64,000 nt of DNA from an uncultured SAR86 cluster bacterium (GTDB lineage: Bacteria; Pseudomonadota; Gammaproteobacteria; Magnimaribacterales; AG-339-G14), in the NCBI GenBank assembly GCA_902614235.1, contig CACMKG010000002.1, forward strand, positions 148,038 through 212,037, given 5' to 3'. Below are positions 48,393 through 58,985 of this stretch, in pieces. Numbering within the stretch: position 1 is the first letter of the stretch; each line of letters opens with the position of its first letter. Made by a program: the position numbers and the translations under genes. A model generated the notes under the pieces. That model was not told where the DNA came from and searched no databases. It saw nothing but the letters and a program-made list of their open reading frames with translations.

Positions 48393-49136
48393 CTATTCCG
48401 TATAGGCCTCACCATTCCAAAGATTTATCTGAGACCATATTTCTGTTGAAACAGTTTCTGTGTAACTAGAAATTTTTCTATTAAAGTCTACCGAGCTTTG
48501 TGAAGCATTGAAAATAGCTAATTGATCCATCATTTGTTTTTGGCTTTCGTAACCCGCCCAAACAAATAAATCTTCATCTTTTATTCCACCAGCAAAAGTT
48601 ACTTTTAAGCCGTATGAATCAGCTGCTGTTCCATTATTCTCTATTTCAGAAATTAGCTTATCCCAATCTTTTAAGTATCTTGGAACATCAGCCGTTTTAA
48701 TTCTCCATATGTAAAAAGTTGTATTTTTTGCAACATCCTCAGGAGTGATTTTTTCTCGCGTGTTGATATAAGTGCTCTCATTAGTGTTTGTTGTGCCATT
48801 TTTAGCTGAATTCATAAGTAAAGTCGCTACAGCTGGCGACGTAAGAGAAACATCGTACGCTTTTTGTAATTCTTCCGTATCGGAATAATAGAAAGCTATA
48901 CTGTGAGTAGTGCTATCAGAACCATTCGTATTAACTTGGTAAAGACCCGCTGAAATTCCCAAGGAATTAAAATCGTCAGATTCCATATAAGTAGTGACAT
49001 TGTTGAGAGTCGCTACAGGATTTATAGAATTAATTCCGAAGTTAACCTCGATTCCAGTCGAAGCAAACTGTTGTGAAAATAAATTTCCACTTGTTAAGGC
49101 AAAAACCATAACAAAAAATTTAAATATTTTTTTCAT
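48393..49136 (-). CDS. Hypothetical secreted protein (two tandem alpha+beta modules)
   Basis: Signal peptide MKKIFKFFVMVFALTSGNLFS/QQ. It is rich in Thr, Ser and Asn. The C-terminal half has the same beta-alpha-beta spacing pattern as the 103-aa neighbour (by eye). Confidence 0.55.
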   Translation of the reverse strand: MKKIFKFFVMVFALTSGNLFSQQFASTGIEVNFGINSINPVATLNNVTTYMESDDFNSLGISAGLYQVNTNGSDSTTHSIAFYYSDTEELQKAYDVSLTSPAVATLLMNSAKNGTTNTNESTYINTREKITPEDVAKNTTFYIWRIKTADVPRYLKDWDKLISEIENNGTAADSYGLKVTFAGGIKDEDLFVWAGYESQKQMMDQLAIFNASQSSVDFNRKISSYTETVSTEIWSQINLWNGEAYTE

Positions 49137-49200
49137 TTTTCTCTCCTTTGAAATAAATAAAAATATTACATTTTTTAGAAAAAAATATAAAGACCCTTGA

Positions 49201-49611
49201 CTAGCTTTCTCGATCTTGCAGTTTCTCTAAACTTATTTTGTCTTTCAGGCTCATGATGTAAGCTGCTCCAGCGAGAATAATCACAGCACTTGCTTCAGCA
49301 ATAATTATCAATGCATCCATATCTTTGTTTTGCATAACAATTAATCTACAAAGAGCTGTTATGGCAATGATAATTGGTAGAGTTACTGGAATTCTTTTGG
49401 AGCTGTAAAATGCGGCTACCATAGCAAGAATTTCAGTAAAAATAAAAAGCATAAATAAATCTGCCAATACAATTTCCTGAACCAAGTACATTTGATAAAG
49501 ATGTTGTAAAGCAGCTACGCAAGTTGCTATTCCTATTATCGCAAGTAAAACTTTTTCGCTTGCAACTGTTACCCAATGAACCTGGTCAACGGATTTTTCT
49601 TCTTCTCTCAT
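49201..49611 (-). CDS. psiE: PsiE-family (phosphate-starvation-inducible) membrane protein
   Basis: 136 aa, 4 TM. ITALCRLIVMQNKDMD compares with E. coli PsiE ITAIVRLIIVDHKSPLD (from memory). Confidence 0.6.
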   Translation of the reverse strand: MREEEKSVDQVHWVTVASEKVLLAIIGIATCVAALQHLYQMYLVQEIVLADLFMLFIFTEILAMVAAFYSSKRIPVTLPIIIAITALCRLIVMQNKDMDALIIIAEASAVIILAGAAYIMSLKDKISLEKLQDRES

Positions 49612-49668
49612 ACATGGATTATCATAAAATTTAAACTACAAATCTAGTTATTAATTTTTTATATGAAC

Positions 49669-49697
49669 CTTGAAATTATTACTTAAGCACCCATGTA
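49669..49697 (+). promoter_or_regulatory. Sigma-32 (heat-shock) promoter of the small HSP gene
   Basis: CTTGAAA (49669-49675), a 13-nt spacer, then ACCCATGTA (49689-49697). The consensus is CTTGAAA-N13-15-CCCCATNT. Confidence 0.65.
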
Positions 49698-49737
49698 TAC
49701 ATGGTGAGTGCCTCTTAAGGATTCACATAATTTTAAC

Positions 49738-49753
49738 TTGCTAAATATAGGAG
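49738..49753 (+). promoter_or_regulatory. Candidate ROSE-like RNA thermometer hairpin masking the SD
   Basis: UUGCU (49738-49742), a 6-nt loop AAAUAU, then the SD AGGAG (49749-49753). Pairings are U-A, C-G, a G/G mismatch, U-A and U-G. The ATG is at 49761. Confidence 0.4.
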
Positions 49754-49760
49754 TATAAAA

Positions 49761-50207
49761 ATGGTAAATAATACATTTGAACTTTTATGGAGGGATATTT
49801 CCCCTCTTACGGTAGGATTTGATAGGACTTTTGACACTCTGTCATTGCTAGCGAATTCTAAACAAACATCAAACTATCCACCTTACAACATAAGGAAGGT
49901 TAGCGATGAACAATATACGATAGAACTTGCTGTAGCTGGTTTTGAAGAAAGTGAGCTTGATATAGAAGCTGCTGGAGAAAACCTTACTGTTACAGGATCT
50001 AAAGACAAAGATGCTAGTGAAGGCATTGTTCATCAAGGTCTTGCAGCAAGGAATTTTGTGAAGAAATTCGTTCTCTCTGATGATATGGTCATCAAGGGTG
50101 CTGCTTTGAACAATGGCATGCTCTACATAGGACTTGAAAGAGTCATTCCAGAAGATCAGAAACCTAGAAAAATAAATTTCACTTCGAAAAGTAAACTTCT
50201 AGGTTAA
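49761..50207 (+). CDS. ibpA: Small heat-shock protein (Hsp20/IbpA family)
   Basis: Alpha-crystallin domain with YPPYNI, YTIELAVAGF and NGMLYIGL; 148 aa. Confidence 0.92.
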   Translation: MVNNTFELLWRDISPLTVGFDRTFDTLSLLANSKQTSNYPPYNIRKVSDEQYTIELAVAGFEESELDIEAAGENLTVTGSKDKDASEGIVHQGLAARNFVKKFVLSDDMVIKGAALNNGMLYIGLERVIPEDQKPRKINFTSKSKLLG

Positions 50208-50212
50208 AGAAA

Positions 50213-50237
50213 GGGGCCGTGAGGCCCCTTTTTTTTT
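50213..50237 (+). terminator. Rho-independent terminator after ibpA
   Basis: GGGGCC-GTGA-GGCCCC followed by T9. Confidence 0.85.
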
Positions 50238-50262
50238 GCTCAAATTTAACTAAAATCATTCC

Positions 50263-50895
50263 ATGTCATCTGATAAGGTAAAAATTTGGGGTGCAAAAAC
50301 TGCAAGAAGTCTACGTCCTATATGGATGGCAGAAGAACTTGAAATTGATTATGAGCTTCTACCAATAGGCCCAAGGACCGGTGAAACTTTATCTGAGGAA
50401 TATACAAAACTTAATCCAAAACAAAAGATTCCTTTCTTAGAGCATGGCGGCTTTAAGCTCTCAGAAAGCCTTGCCATGTGTAAGTATTTGCAAAATACCT
50501 TTCCCTCCAAAAATTTATTTATCCCTCAAATACCTAAAGATTTGGCTAGAGAAGATGAATGGTGTAGTTTTGTTTATGGTGAGCTTGATGAGACTTGCCT
50601 TTATGTCATGAGACGTCATTATGATTTGACTGATATTTATGGGGCAGCGCCAAATGTTGTAAAATCCTGTAGGGAGTATTTAGAACGTCAGTTTCGAGTT
50701 ATTGAACCTTACCTAGAAAAAAAAGACTCTATTTTAGATCAAGGATTTGGTTTGGCCGATATATTTTTAATGTCCTGCCTAGATTGGGCAGTTTATTATG
50801 AATTTGACTTACCAAAAAATATTACAATTTATAGAGATACAATTTCAGAAAGGAAAGCTTTTAAAAAAGCAATGGAAATAAATTTTCAAAGTTAA
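50263..50895 (+). CDS. Glutathione S-transferase family protein
   Basis: Thioredoxin-like N-domain (KIPFLEHGGFKLSESLAMCKYL) plus a helical C-domain; 210 aa. Confidence 0.85.
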   Translation: MSSDKVKIWGAKTARSLRPIWMAEELEIDYELLPIGPRTGETLSEEYTKLNPKQKIPFLEHGGFKLSESLAMCKYLQNTFPSKNLFIPQIPKDLAREDEWCSFVYGELDETCLYVMRRHYDLTDIYGAAPNVVKSCREYLERQFRVIEPYLEKKDSILDQGFGLADIFLMSCLDWAVYYEFDLPKNITIYRDTISERKAFKKAMEINFQS

Positions 50896-50900
50896 ATGAG

Positions 50901-52085
50901 ATGGGACCATTAAATGGAGTAAAAGTGTTGGATCTAACTGGTATGGTGTCAGGGCCAGTTGGCGCTATGATGCTTGCAGATCAGGGAGCTGAAGTCATCA
51001 AAGTGGAGCCAATAACTGGTGAGTTAGTACGTCACATGGCGGCACCTCACAATGGTGTAAACCCAGTTTTCTTTTCTTGCAACCGGGGTAAAAAATCGAT
51101 TGCCTTAAATCTCAAATCTGAAGAAGGCAAAAAGATATTATTCAAGCTAGCAGAGGAAGCAGATGTCTTCATGCAAAATTTCCGTCCTGGTGCTGTGGAT
51201 CGCATGGGCATAGGAGAAAAAAACATTAGAGAAATAAACAAAAAAATAATTTACGTTTCTATTAGTGGTTTTGGTAATAAAGGACCTTATGCCAACTCAA
51301 GAGTATATGACCCAATCATTCAAGCCTTGTCTGGCGCAACTGACATCCAAGCCGATAGAGAAACCCAAACGCCGAAGATGTTTCGAATTATCATTGCTGA
51401 TAAAGTAACCGCTCTTACCTCGGCTCAAGCTGTATCTTCGGCTTTATATGCCCGAGAAAAAAATAGCATAGGGCAACACATAGAATTATCAATGCTCGAT
51501 AGTATGTTATCTTTCTTTTGGCCTGAAGGCATGGCGGGTATTGTTTATGCTGAAAACGAAGTAGACGTAAGAAAGCTTCAAGGTACGCAAGATTTAATAT
51601 ACAAAGCTAAAGACAGATATATCACTGCTGGCGCGGTATCGGATGCTGAGTGGGAAGGTATGTGCAAAGCACTAAATAGAGAAGATTTAATAAATGATGA
51701 AAGATTTGCAACCCCTTCTGGCCGAGTCTCAAATGCTCAAGTGAGAAAAGAAATTACTGGAGAAGAAATTTCAAAATGGAATGGGGATGAAATACTTGCC
51801 CGTTTGCAAAAAGAAGGTGTGCCAAGTGCACCCTTACTTGATCGCATGGAGCTCTTAGGCAATGAGCAGATCATTTCTAACGATTCCATATTGCGTACTA
51901 ACTACGAAGGCTTTGGCGAGGTAAGACAAGCAAACCCTGCCGCTCGGTTCAGCGAAACTCCCTGTGAAATTTCGAGGCCTGCTCCCAAATTAGGTGAGCA
52001 TACACTGGAAATTCTTTCGTCCATCGAATATAGTGATGAGGACAAAGAGAGATTAATTAAAGAAGGGATCGTGGCAGCAAATTAA
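50901..52085 (+). CDS. Family III CoA-transferase (CaiB/BaiF)
   Basis: [32 protein letters not shown] and QNFRPG motifs; 394 aa. Confidence 0.88.
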   Translation: MGPLNGVKVLDLTGMVSGPVGAMMLADQGAEVIKVEPITGELVRHMAAPHNGVNPVFFSCNRGKKSIALNLKSEEGKKILFKLAEEADVFMQNFRPGAVDRMGIGEKNIREINKKIIYVSISGFGNKGPYANSRVYDPIIQALSGATDIQADRETQTPKMFRIIIADKVTALTSAQAVSSALYAREKNSIGQHIELSMLDSMLSFFWPEGMAGIVYAENEVDVRKLQGTQDLIYKAKDRYITAGAVSDAEWEGMCKALNREDLINDERFATPSGRVSNAQVRKEITGEEISKWNGDEILARLQKEGVPSAPLLDRMELLGNEQIISNDSILRTNYEGFGEVRQANPAARFSETPCEISRPAPKLGEHTLEILSSIEYSDEDKERLIKEGIVAAN

Positions 52086-52087
52086 TT

Positions 52088-53681
<1,594 letters not shown>

Positions 53682-53685
53682 TTTT

Positions 53686-54210
53686 TTATTCTTTTAAATC
53701 GCTATCAATTAAAACTGCTATAAACAATGCTGTATCAGTACCATTATTAACCCAGGCATGATTTGTACCTCTTTGGACCACAACATCAAACGGCTTAAGG
53801 TCCACTTCCTCTTCATCCAAAAGCAAAGTCACATCCCCTTTCAATAAAATAATATAGTCAATCGTATTTGTTTTATGCATTGCAGGATGCCTGGTTGTAT
53901 CGACTTGGTGATGAGCTGCACCCATCTTTTTAAAGGCTGCAGCGGTTGCTTCTTTTATTAAATCTGCTGGCATACCTTCAGGAGTTGGATTTATTTGGAA
54001 ATATCTAAATTTTGTTCCTCCATCCGGGGGTGATAGCAAAACCTCACTATCAGCTCGATCAATGTCGTCCATAGTATTTATTTCCTTGCCATCGGTATTC
54101 CAGAGCTCATACAGACCGCCCTCGTTTTCGCTTAAAGATCTTGCTGGCGGGCCATCAATAGTAATGATAGATTTTCCTTCCTCATCATGTCCCGTTACTA
54201 TTCTTCTCAT
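53686..54210 (-). CDS. Cupin domain protein
   Basis: MHKTNTIDYIILLKGDVTLLLD...VVVQRGTNHAW is the two-motif cupin pattern; 174 aa. Confidence 0.65.
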   Translation of the reverse strand: MRRIVTGHDEEGKSIITIDGPPARSLSENEGGLYELWNTDGKEINTMDDIDRADSEVLLSPPDGGTKFRYFQINPTPEGMPADLIKEATAAAFKKMGAAHHQVDTTRHPAMHKTNTIDYIILLKGDVTLLLDEEEVDLKPFDVVVQRGTNHAWVNNGTDTALFIAVLIDSDLKE

Positions 54211-54227
54211 TTTTCTCTCCTTTTAAA

Positions 54228-54545
54228 TTAAAGTATTTTTAAAATTTCTTTTAATTCTTTAATAATTTTAAAATCTACTGAATCTATTTTTTTATCATTT
54301 TTAAATTTTTCTCGAGCACCTTTGATTGTCATTTTTTCTTGCTTAATTAAATTTTTAACTTTCACTAAATTAATAATATCTCTTTGTTGAAACATTCGTC
54401 TATTGCCAATTCGTTTTATCGAAAAAGAATTTGCAAATTCTTTTTCCCAATATCTAATGGTGTGAGTTTCTATATCCAAAATTTCTGATACTTCTTGGAT
54501 AGAAAAATATTTTTTATTCGGTATTTTGCCTAAATCAAAATCCAT
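54228..54545 (-). CDS. MerR-family transcriptional regulator (small, follows ihfA)
   Basis: HTH YFSIQEVSEILDIETHTIRYWEKEF; 105 aa. Confidence 0.8.
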   Translation of the reverse strand: MDFDLGKIPNKKYFSIQEVSEILDIETHTIRYWEKEFANSFSIKRIGNRRMFQQRDIINLVKVKNLIKQEKMTIKGAREKFKNDKKIDSVDFKIIKELKEILKIL

Positions 54546-54548
54546 TAA

Positions 54549-54824
54549 TTACAGACTTTTTCTTAACTTTCTTCCTGCTTTAAAGCTGACGACATTTCTT
54601 TCAGATATGGTATGAGCTTCTCCTGTTCGAGGATTTCTTCCTGGTCGACTTTTTTTATGAACAACTGAAAAATTTCCCAATCCAGGTAATTTAACCTCTT
54701 CCCCTTTCTCCAAGGCCGACATAATCTCTTCAAAAAAAGTCTCAACAATCTGCAAACAGTCTTTCTTTGGAAGACCCATTTTTTTGTGTAAATAATCTAC
54801 TAACTTTGCTTTGGTTAAAGACAT
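54549..54824 (-). CDS. ihfA: Integration host factor alpha subunit
   Basis: MSLTKAKLVDYLHKK... and the RPGRNPRTGE arm. It sits downstream of pheT, as in other gammaproteobacteria. Confidence 0.92.
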   Translation of the reverse strand: MSLTKAKLVDYLHKKMGLPKKDCLQIVETFFEEIMSALEKGEEVKLPGLGNFSVVHKKSRPGRNPRTGEAHTISERNVVSFKAGRKLRKSL

Positions 54825-54825
54825 T

Positions 54826-56865
54826 TTAACTTCTTAGCTTTGCTCCAAATTTGCTTTTTGAGTTCCTTACTATTCCATCTACTACTGAATCAATAAAACT
54901 ATCTTCTAAAGTTCCTTTGCTTGATTGCCAGGTAAGTCTGAAGGCAAGACTTTTTTGATTTTTCTGCAGATCTCCCCCTTTAAATAAATCAAATAATTTG
55001 ATATCTATCAAGTCTTTTCCGGCGTGTTTCGTAATTTCTTTGAACAGCTCAATATAATCTAATTTTTCAGAAACAATAAAAGCTAGATCTCTCTGAATAG
55101 AAGGAAATTTAGAAGGCTCTAATAATTTTGTACTTTTTGAATTAAATAATTCATTTGTTTGAAATTCAAAATAGAAAAAAGGCTTTTTAAAATTTATTGT
55201 TTTTAGAATGAGTGGGTGCACTTTTCCGAAACTTCCTATTTTCTTATTAGCTTTAAAGACATCAGCAGATATTTTAGGATGCAGTATGTTTGAGCTAGAT
55301 TTTTTTAATGAAATATCTGCAACATTGGAAAACTTAGTTATGTTTATAACAAGTTCTTTGAGGGAGTAAAAATCAAATGTGCTAGAACGGTTCCAGCTTT
55401 TTTTCTCTTGATCAAAAATTAAGCCAGCTAAATGATTAGATTCCTCAATTGATTTAATCTTAGAAAAAACTTTCCCTTCTTCATATATTTTCAGGTAATC
55501 ATTTCCTCTTTTTGCGTTTGAAATTAGATTGGTTATTAACCCAGGAAATAAACTAGTTCGCATGGAGTTTAAGTTTTCAGTTATTGGATTTTGAATCTTG
55601 ATGATTCCTTTTGAAAGCTCTAATTCATTTTGTAAGCCGTCATCTATAAATGAATAGTTAATCACTTCTTGAAAATTATTATGAGTAAGAAATTTTTTAA
55701 GTTCCAATGTCTTGGAATAATCGGTTTTTGAAAAATTTTGCTGAGCAGTTTTTAATTCTCTATTTGGTAAGTTGTCATATCCCACCAATCTTGCTATTTC
55801 TTCGACAAGATCTTCTTGTATTTCCAAATCAAATCTATGACTTGGAGTTAAAATTTTAATGAGATCAGATTGAGCTGCAATAATTTTAATATCAAGATAT
55901 TGTAAAAGTTGTTTAATTTTTTTGATTGGCAGCTTAGTGCCTAACTTCTGATTCAAAAAATTAACTGAAAGATTAATTTTCTTTTGTTTTGGAAGATCGC
56001 TGTTTGAAATTATTTCCTTTGCTTTGGTGCAACTTCCGCCCAAGTATTTTATTATCAATGCGCTTGCCATCTCTAAAGCTTTGAGTTGTAAATTGAAATC
56101 CACTCCTCTTTCAAATCTTTGTGAGGCATCAGTCTGAATGCCAAATTTCCTGGCCTTACCTCTGATAAATTTTGGAGCAAAAAAAGCTGATTCCAAAACG
56201 ACTGCCGAAGTATCCATTTCCACTGAAGAATCTTTGCTTCCCATGATGCCAGCAAAAGCAATTGGCCCTTTGGCATCTGTAATTAAAAGACAATCTTCAG
56301 ATAAGGATATTGTCTGATCGTCTAACAAATTTATTTTTTCATTATTTTTAGCAAATCTAATTTTGATATCACCTGAAATTTTATTTTTATCGAATGCATG
56401 CATTGGCTGACCAATATCTAGCATTACGTAATTGAGAATATCCACAACTGGATTTATTAAATTAATTCCTGCTGCTTCAAGGCGGGAATTGATTTGCTGA
56501 GGTAGCTCTTTAACTTTTCCTTTCGAATTTGTTAAAGACAAGCTAGATATTTCTAAATAGCTATATTTTGGACAAGCTTCTTTGGCCTGAACTAGAACCT
56601 TGGTTTTAGAATTTCCGTGCTTTTTTACTAAATACTTTTCTTTTTTTAAGGAAGTTTGATCAGAAGCAGCAATCTCTCTGGCTACTCCAAGCGCACTAAA
56701 ACAATCACCACGGTTTGGGGTGAGATCAATATCTATACATAAATCGCTTTTCAGTTTAGCGATAGAATCAACTTCAAGGCCAAGCATTGTTAATTGATTG
56801 CTCAAATTGGCAACGCTCTTCTTTTTGCCTAACTTTTCATCTAAGTGGGATTTTAAAATCTTCAT
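54826..56865 (-). CDS. pheT: Phenylalanine--tRNA ligase beta subunit, lacking the N-terminal tRNA-binding OB domain
   Basis: The B3_4 (GQPMHAFD), B5 and FDX-ACB domains are present. The N-terminus jumps from LGLEVDSIAKLKSD straight to IDIDLTPNRGDC; 679 aa. Confidence 0.93.
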   Translation of the reverse strand: MKILKSHLDEKLGKKKSVANLSNQLTMLGLEVDSIAKLKSDLCIDIDLTPNRGDCFSALGVAREIAASDQTSLKKEKYLVKKHGNSKTKVLVQAKEACPKYSYLEISSLSLTNSKGKVKELPQQINSRLEAAGINLINPVVDILNYVMLDIGQPMHAFDKNKISGDIKIRFAKNNEKINLLDDQTISLSEDCLLITDAKGPIAFAGIMGSKDSSVEMDTSAVVLESAFFAPKFIRGKARKFGIQTDASQRFERGVDFNLQLKALEMASALIIKYLGGSCTKAKEIISNSDLPKQKKINLSVNFLNQKLGTKLPIKKIKQLLQYLDIKIIAAQSDLIKILTPSHRFDLEIQEDLVEEIARLVGYDNLPNRELKTAQQNFSKTDYSKTLELKKFLTHNNFQEVINYSFIDDGLQNELELSKGIIKIQNPITENLNSMRTSLFPGLITNLISNAKRGNDYLKIYEEGKVFSKIKSIEESNHLAGLIFDQEKKSWNRSSTFDFYSLKELVINITKFSNVADISLKKSSSNILHPKISADVFKANKKIGSFGKVHPLILKTINFKKPFFYFEFQTNELFNSKSTKLLEPSKFPSIQRDLAFIVSEKLDYIELFKEITKHAGKDLIDIKLFDLFKGGDLQKNQKSLAFRLTWQSSKGTLEDSFIDSVVDGIVRNSKSKFGAKLRS

Positions 56866-56866
56866 T

Positions 56867-57841
56867 TTACGATTGAGAAATTAGCCTTAAATCATTCTCA
56901 AATAGCAATCGCATATCATCCATTTGATAATCGAGTTTAGTCATTCTTTCAATTCCTAAACCAAAAGCAAAACCCGAATATTTTTTTGGATCAACACCTG
57001 CTTCTTTCAGAACATTTGGATGCACCATGCCACAGCCCATAATTTCTAACCATCCCTTTTTGTCCATAATGTCTACTTCCGCAGAAGGTTCTGTGAAAGG
57101 AAAATAAGATGGTCTAAATCTAACCTTGAGTTTTTTACCAAAAAAGTAATTTAAAAATTCTGTTAACTCATGTTTTAAATTTCCAAAATTTACTTTTTCA
57201 TCTATTAACAATCCTTCGATTTGATGAAACATTGGTGTATGAGTTTGATCGGCATCACTCCGATAAACTTTACCGGGGCAAATAATTTTTAATGGTGCTT
57301 TGCTTTTAAGAATTGATCTTATTTGCACTGGAGAAGTATGTGTTCTTAATAGCATTTCTGCATCAACATAAAACGTATCATGCATATCTCTTGCTGGATG
57401 ATCTTTAGGTATATTTAAGGCGTCAAAATTAAAATATTCAGATTCTATTTCCGGACCGTCTTCGATGGAATAACCGCGAGAAATAAAATATTGGCAGATT
57501 TTATCAATGGTTTTTGTTATCGGATGCAGATTTCCAAGTTTTTCAGATTCAACGGGTAAAGATATATCAATCGATTCTGTTTCTAAAATTGCATTAATCT
57601 CTTGTTGTTCTATTTCTTTACTTAGGATTTGACTTTGTTCTTCGAAAAACTTCTTGAGAAGATTGATTGCCTTTCCGGCTTTAGGTCTTTCTGATTGGGA
57701 AAGCTTGCCTAAATCTTTGGATAAGAGAGAAATTCTACCTTTCTTACCTAAGTATTTGATCTTTAGGTCTTGAAGGTCTTTTGAGTTTGATGCTTTGTTT
57801 AAATCTTTAGATAATTGCTTCTTAAGTTGCTTCAGGTCCAT
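56867..57841 (-). CDS. pheS: Phenylalanine--tRNA ligase alpha subunit
   Basis: Class II motifs (HPARDMHDTFY, FRPSYFPFTEPS, GFAFGLGIERM); 324 aa. Confidence 0.96.
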   Translation of the reverse strand: MDLKQLKKQLSKDLNKASNSKDLQDLKIKYLGKKGRISLLSKDLGKLSQSERPKAGKAINLLKKFFEEQSQILSKEIEQQEINAILETESIDISLPVESEKLGNLHPITKTIDKICQYFISRGYSIEDGPEIESEYFNFDALNIPKDHPARDMHDTFYVDAEMLLRTHTSPVQIRSILKSKAPLKIICPGKVYRSDADQTHTPMFHQIEGLLIDEKVNFGNLKHELTEFLNYFFGKKLKVRFRPSYFPFTEPSAEVDIMDKKGWLEIMGCGMVHPNVLKEAGVDPKKYSGFAFGLGIERMTKLDYQMDDMRLLFENDLRLISQS

Positions 57842-57849
57842 AGCACATA

Positions 57850-58206
57850 TTATGCTGCATTTTCTTTGACTAATGCGACCAAATCTGAGAATCCTTTTTC
57901 ATCTTCTGCTGCCATATCTGCCAAAGCTTTTCGGTCCAACTCGATATTTGCTTTTTTCAAAGCATTCATAAAAACACTATACGAAAGACCATTTGCTCTA
58001 ACTGCAGCATTAATTCTTACAATCCAAAGAGCGCGAAAATTTCTTTTCTTAACTCTTCTATCCCTGTAAGCATATTGACCTGCTCTAGTGACAGCTTGTT
58101 TAGCTACTTTGAAAGTTCTGCTTCGCGCGCCTCTATAACCTTTTGCAAGTTTAAGAGTTTTCTTATGCCGAGCTTTAGCCGTAACACCTCTTTTAACTCT
58201 AGACAT
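57850..58206 (-). CDS. rplT: 50S ribosomal protein L20
   Basis: [16 protein letters not shown]...; 118 aa. Confidence 0.97.
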   Translation of the reverse strand: MSRVKRGVTAKARHKKTLKLAKGYRGARSRTFKVAKQAVTRAGQYAYRDRRVKKRNFRALWIVRINAAVRANGLSYSVFMNALKKANIELDRKALADMAAEDEKGFSDLVALVKENAA

Positions 58207-58207
58207 C

Positions 58208-58405
58208 TTAAGACTTCTCCTTGAACATTCTTTTAACTAATTTTTCATCGCCAGCAGCAAGTGCAGTGGTACCTCTTAGCTGACGCTTAGATTTTGTCGT
58301 CATCTTGGTCAAAATGTGGCTTTTGTTTGCATGCTTTCTCTTTAGTCCAGATCCAGTTTTTTTGAATCTTTTTGCTGCTCCACTATGTACTTTAATTTTT
58401 GGCAT
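58208..58405 (-). CDS. rpmI: 50S ribosomal protein L35
   Basis: [20 protein letters not shown]...; 65 aa. Confidence 0.95.
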   Translation of the reverse strand: MPKIKVHSGAAKRFKKTGSGLKRKHANKSHILTKMTTKSKRQLRGTTALAAGDEKLVKRMFKEKS

Positions 58406-58406
58406 T

Positions 58407-58952
58407 TTAATTCTTTTTTTTCAATGGGCTTAAAAGCATTACTAATTGTCTTCCTTCAGAAACTGGCTCTTGTTCAACTCCGGCAATTTCGTTGAGGTCA
58501 GATTCTACTCTTTTTAAAAGATTTAAGCCTATTTCTTTGTGTGCTAATTCTCTTCCTCTGAACCTCATAGTGATTTTCGTTTTATCGCCTTCTTTGAGAA
58601 ATTTAATAATATTTCTCATTTTGATTTGATAATCATTTTCGTCAGTACCTGGTCGAAATTTAATTTCTTTTAGTTGTGTCTTTTTGGTCTTTTTCTTAGA
58701 AGCTGCTTTCTGTTTTTTTTGATCAAATAGATGTTTTCCATAATCCATTAACTTGCAAACTGGCGTTTTAGGATCATCATTCATTTGAACTAAATCTAAA
58801 CTTGCTGATTTGGCTTGATCAAGAGCATCGTTAATTTCTACAACTCCAAGTTGCTGACCATCTTCTGAGATAAGTCTTACTTTGGTTGCTTTGATGAATT
58901 GATTGATTTGGTGCTTATTCTTTTTTTCGTAAGCTTTTCTTGGTTGAGCCAT
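58407..58952 (-). CDS. infC: Translation initiation factor IF-3 (ATG start)
   Basis: [23 protein letters not shown]...VCKLMDYGK...[15 protein letters not shown]; 181 aa. An in-frame TAA lies two codons upstream of the ATG at 58950-58952, so no AUU or AUA start is possible upstream. Confidence 0.92.
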   Translation of the reverse strand: MAQPRKAYEKKNKHQINQFIKATKVRLISEDGQQLGVVEINDALDQAKSASLDLVQMNDDPKTPVCKLMDYGKHLFDQKKQKAASKKKTKKTQLKEIKFRPGTDENDYQIKMRNIIKFLKEGDKTKITMRFRGRELAHKEIGLNLLKRVESDLNEIAGVEQEPVSEGRQLVMLLSPLKKKN

Positions 58953-58985
58953 AAATTAGACTAAAGTCCACACAGTAATGTTCAA

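Noticed and set aside
49682-49719. The inverted repeat upstream of ibpA could be a CIRCE/HrcA operator.
   Set aside because: It only vaguely resembles TTAGCACTC-N9-GAGTGCTAA (it reads TTAAGCACC...GAGTGCC). The arm spacing is wrong, and CIRCE normally precedes groESL or dnaK, not ibpA. It is retained only as an unexplained palindrome.
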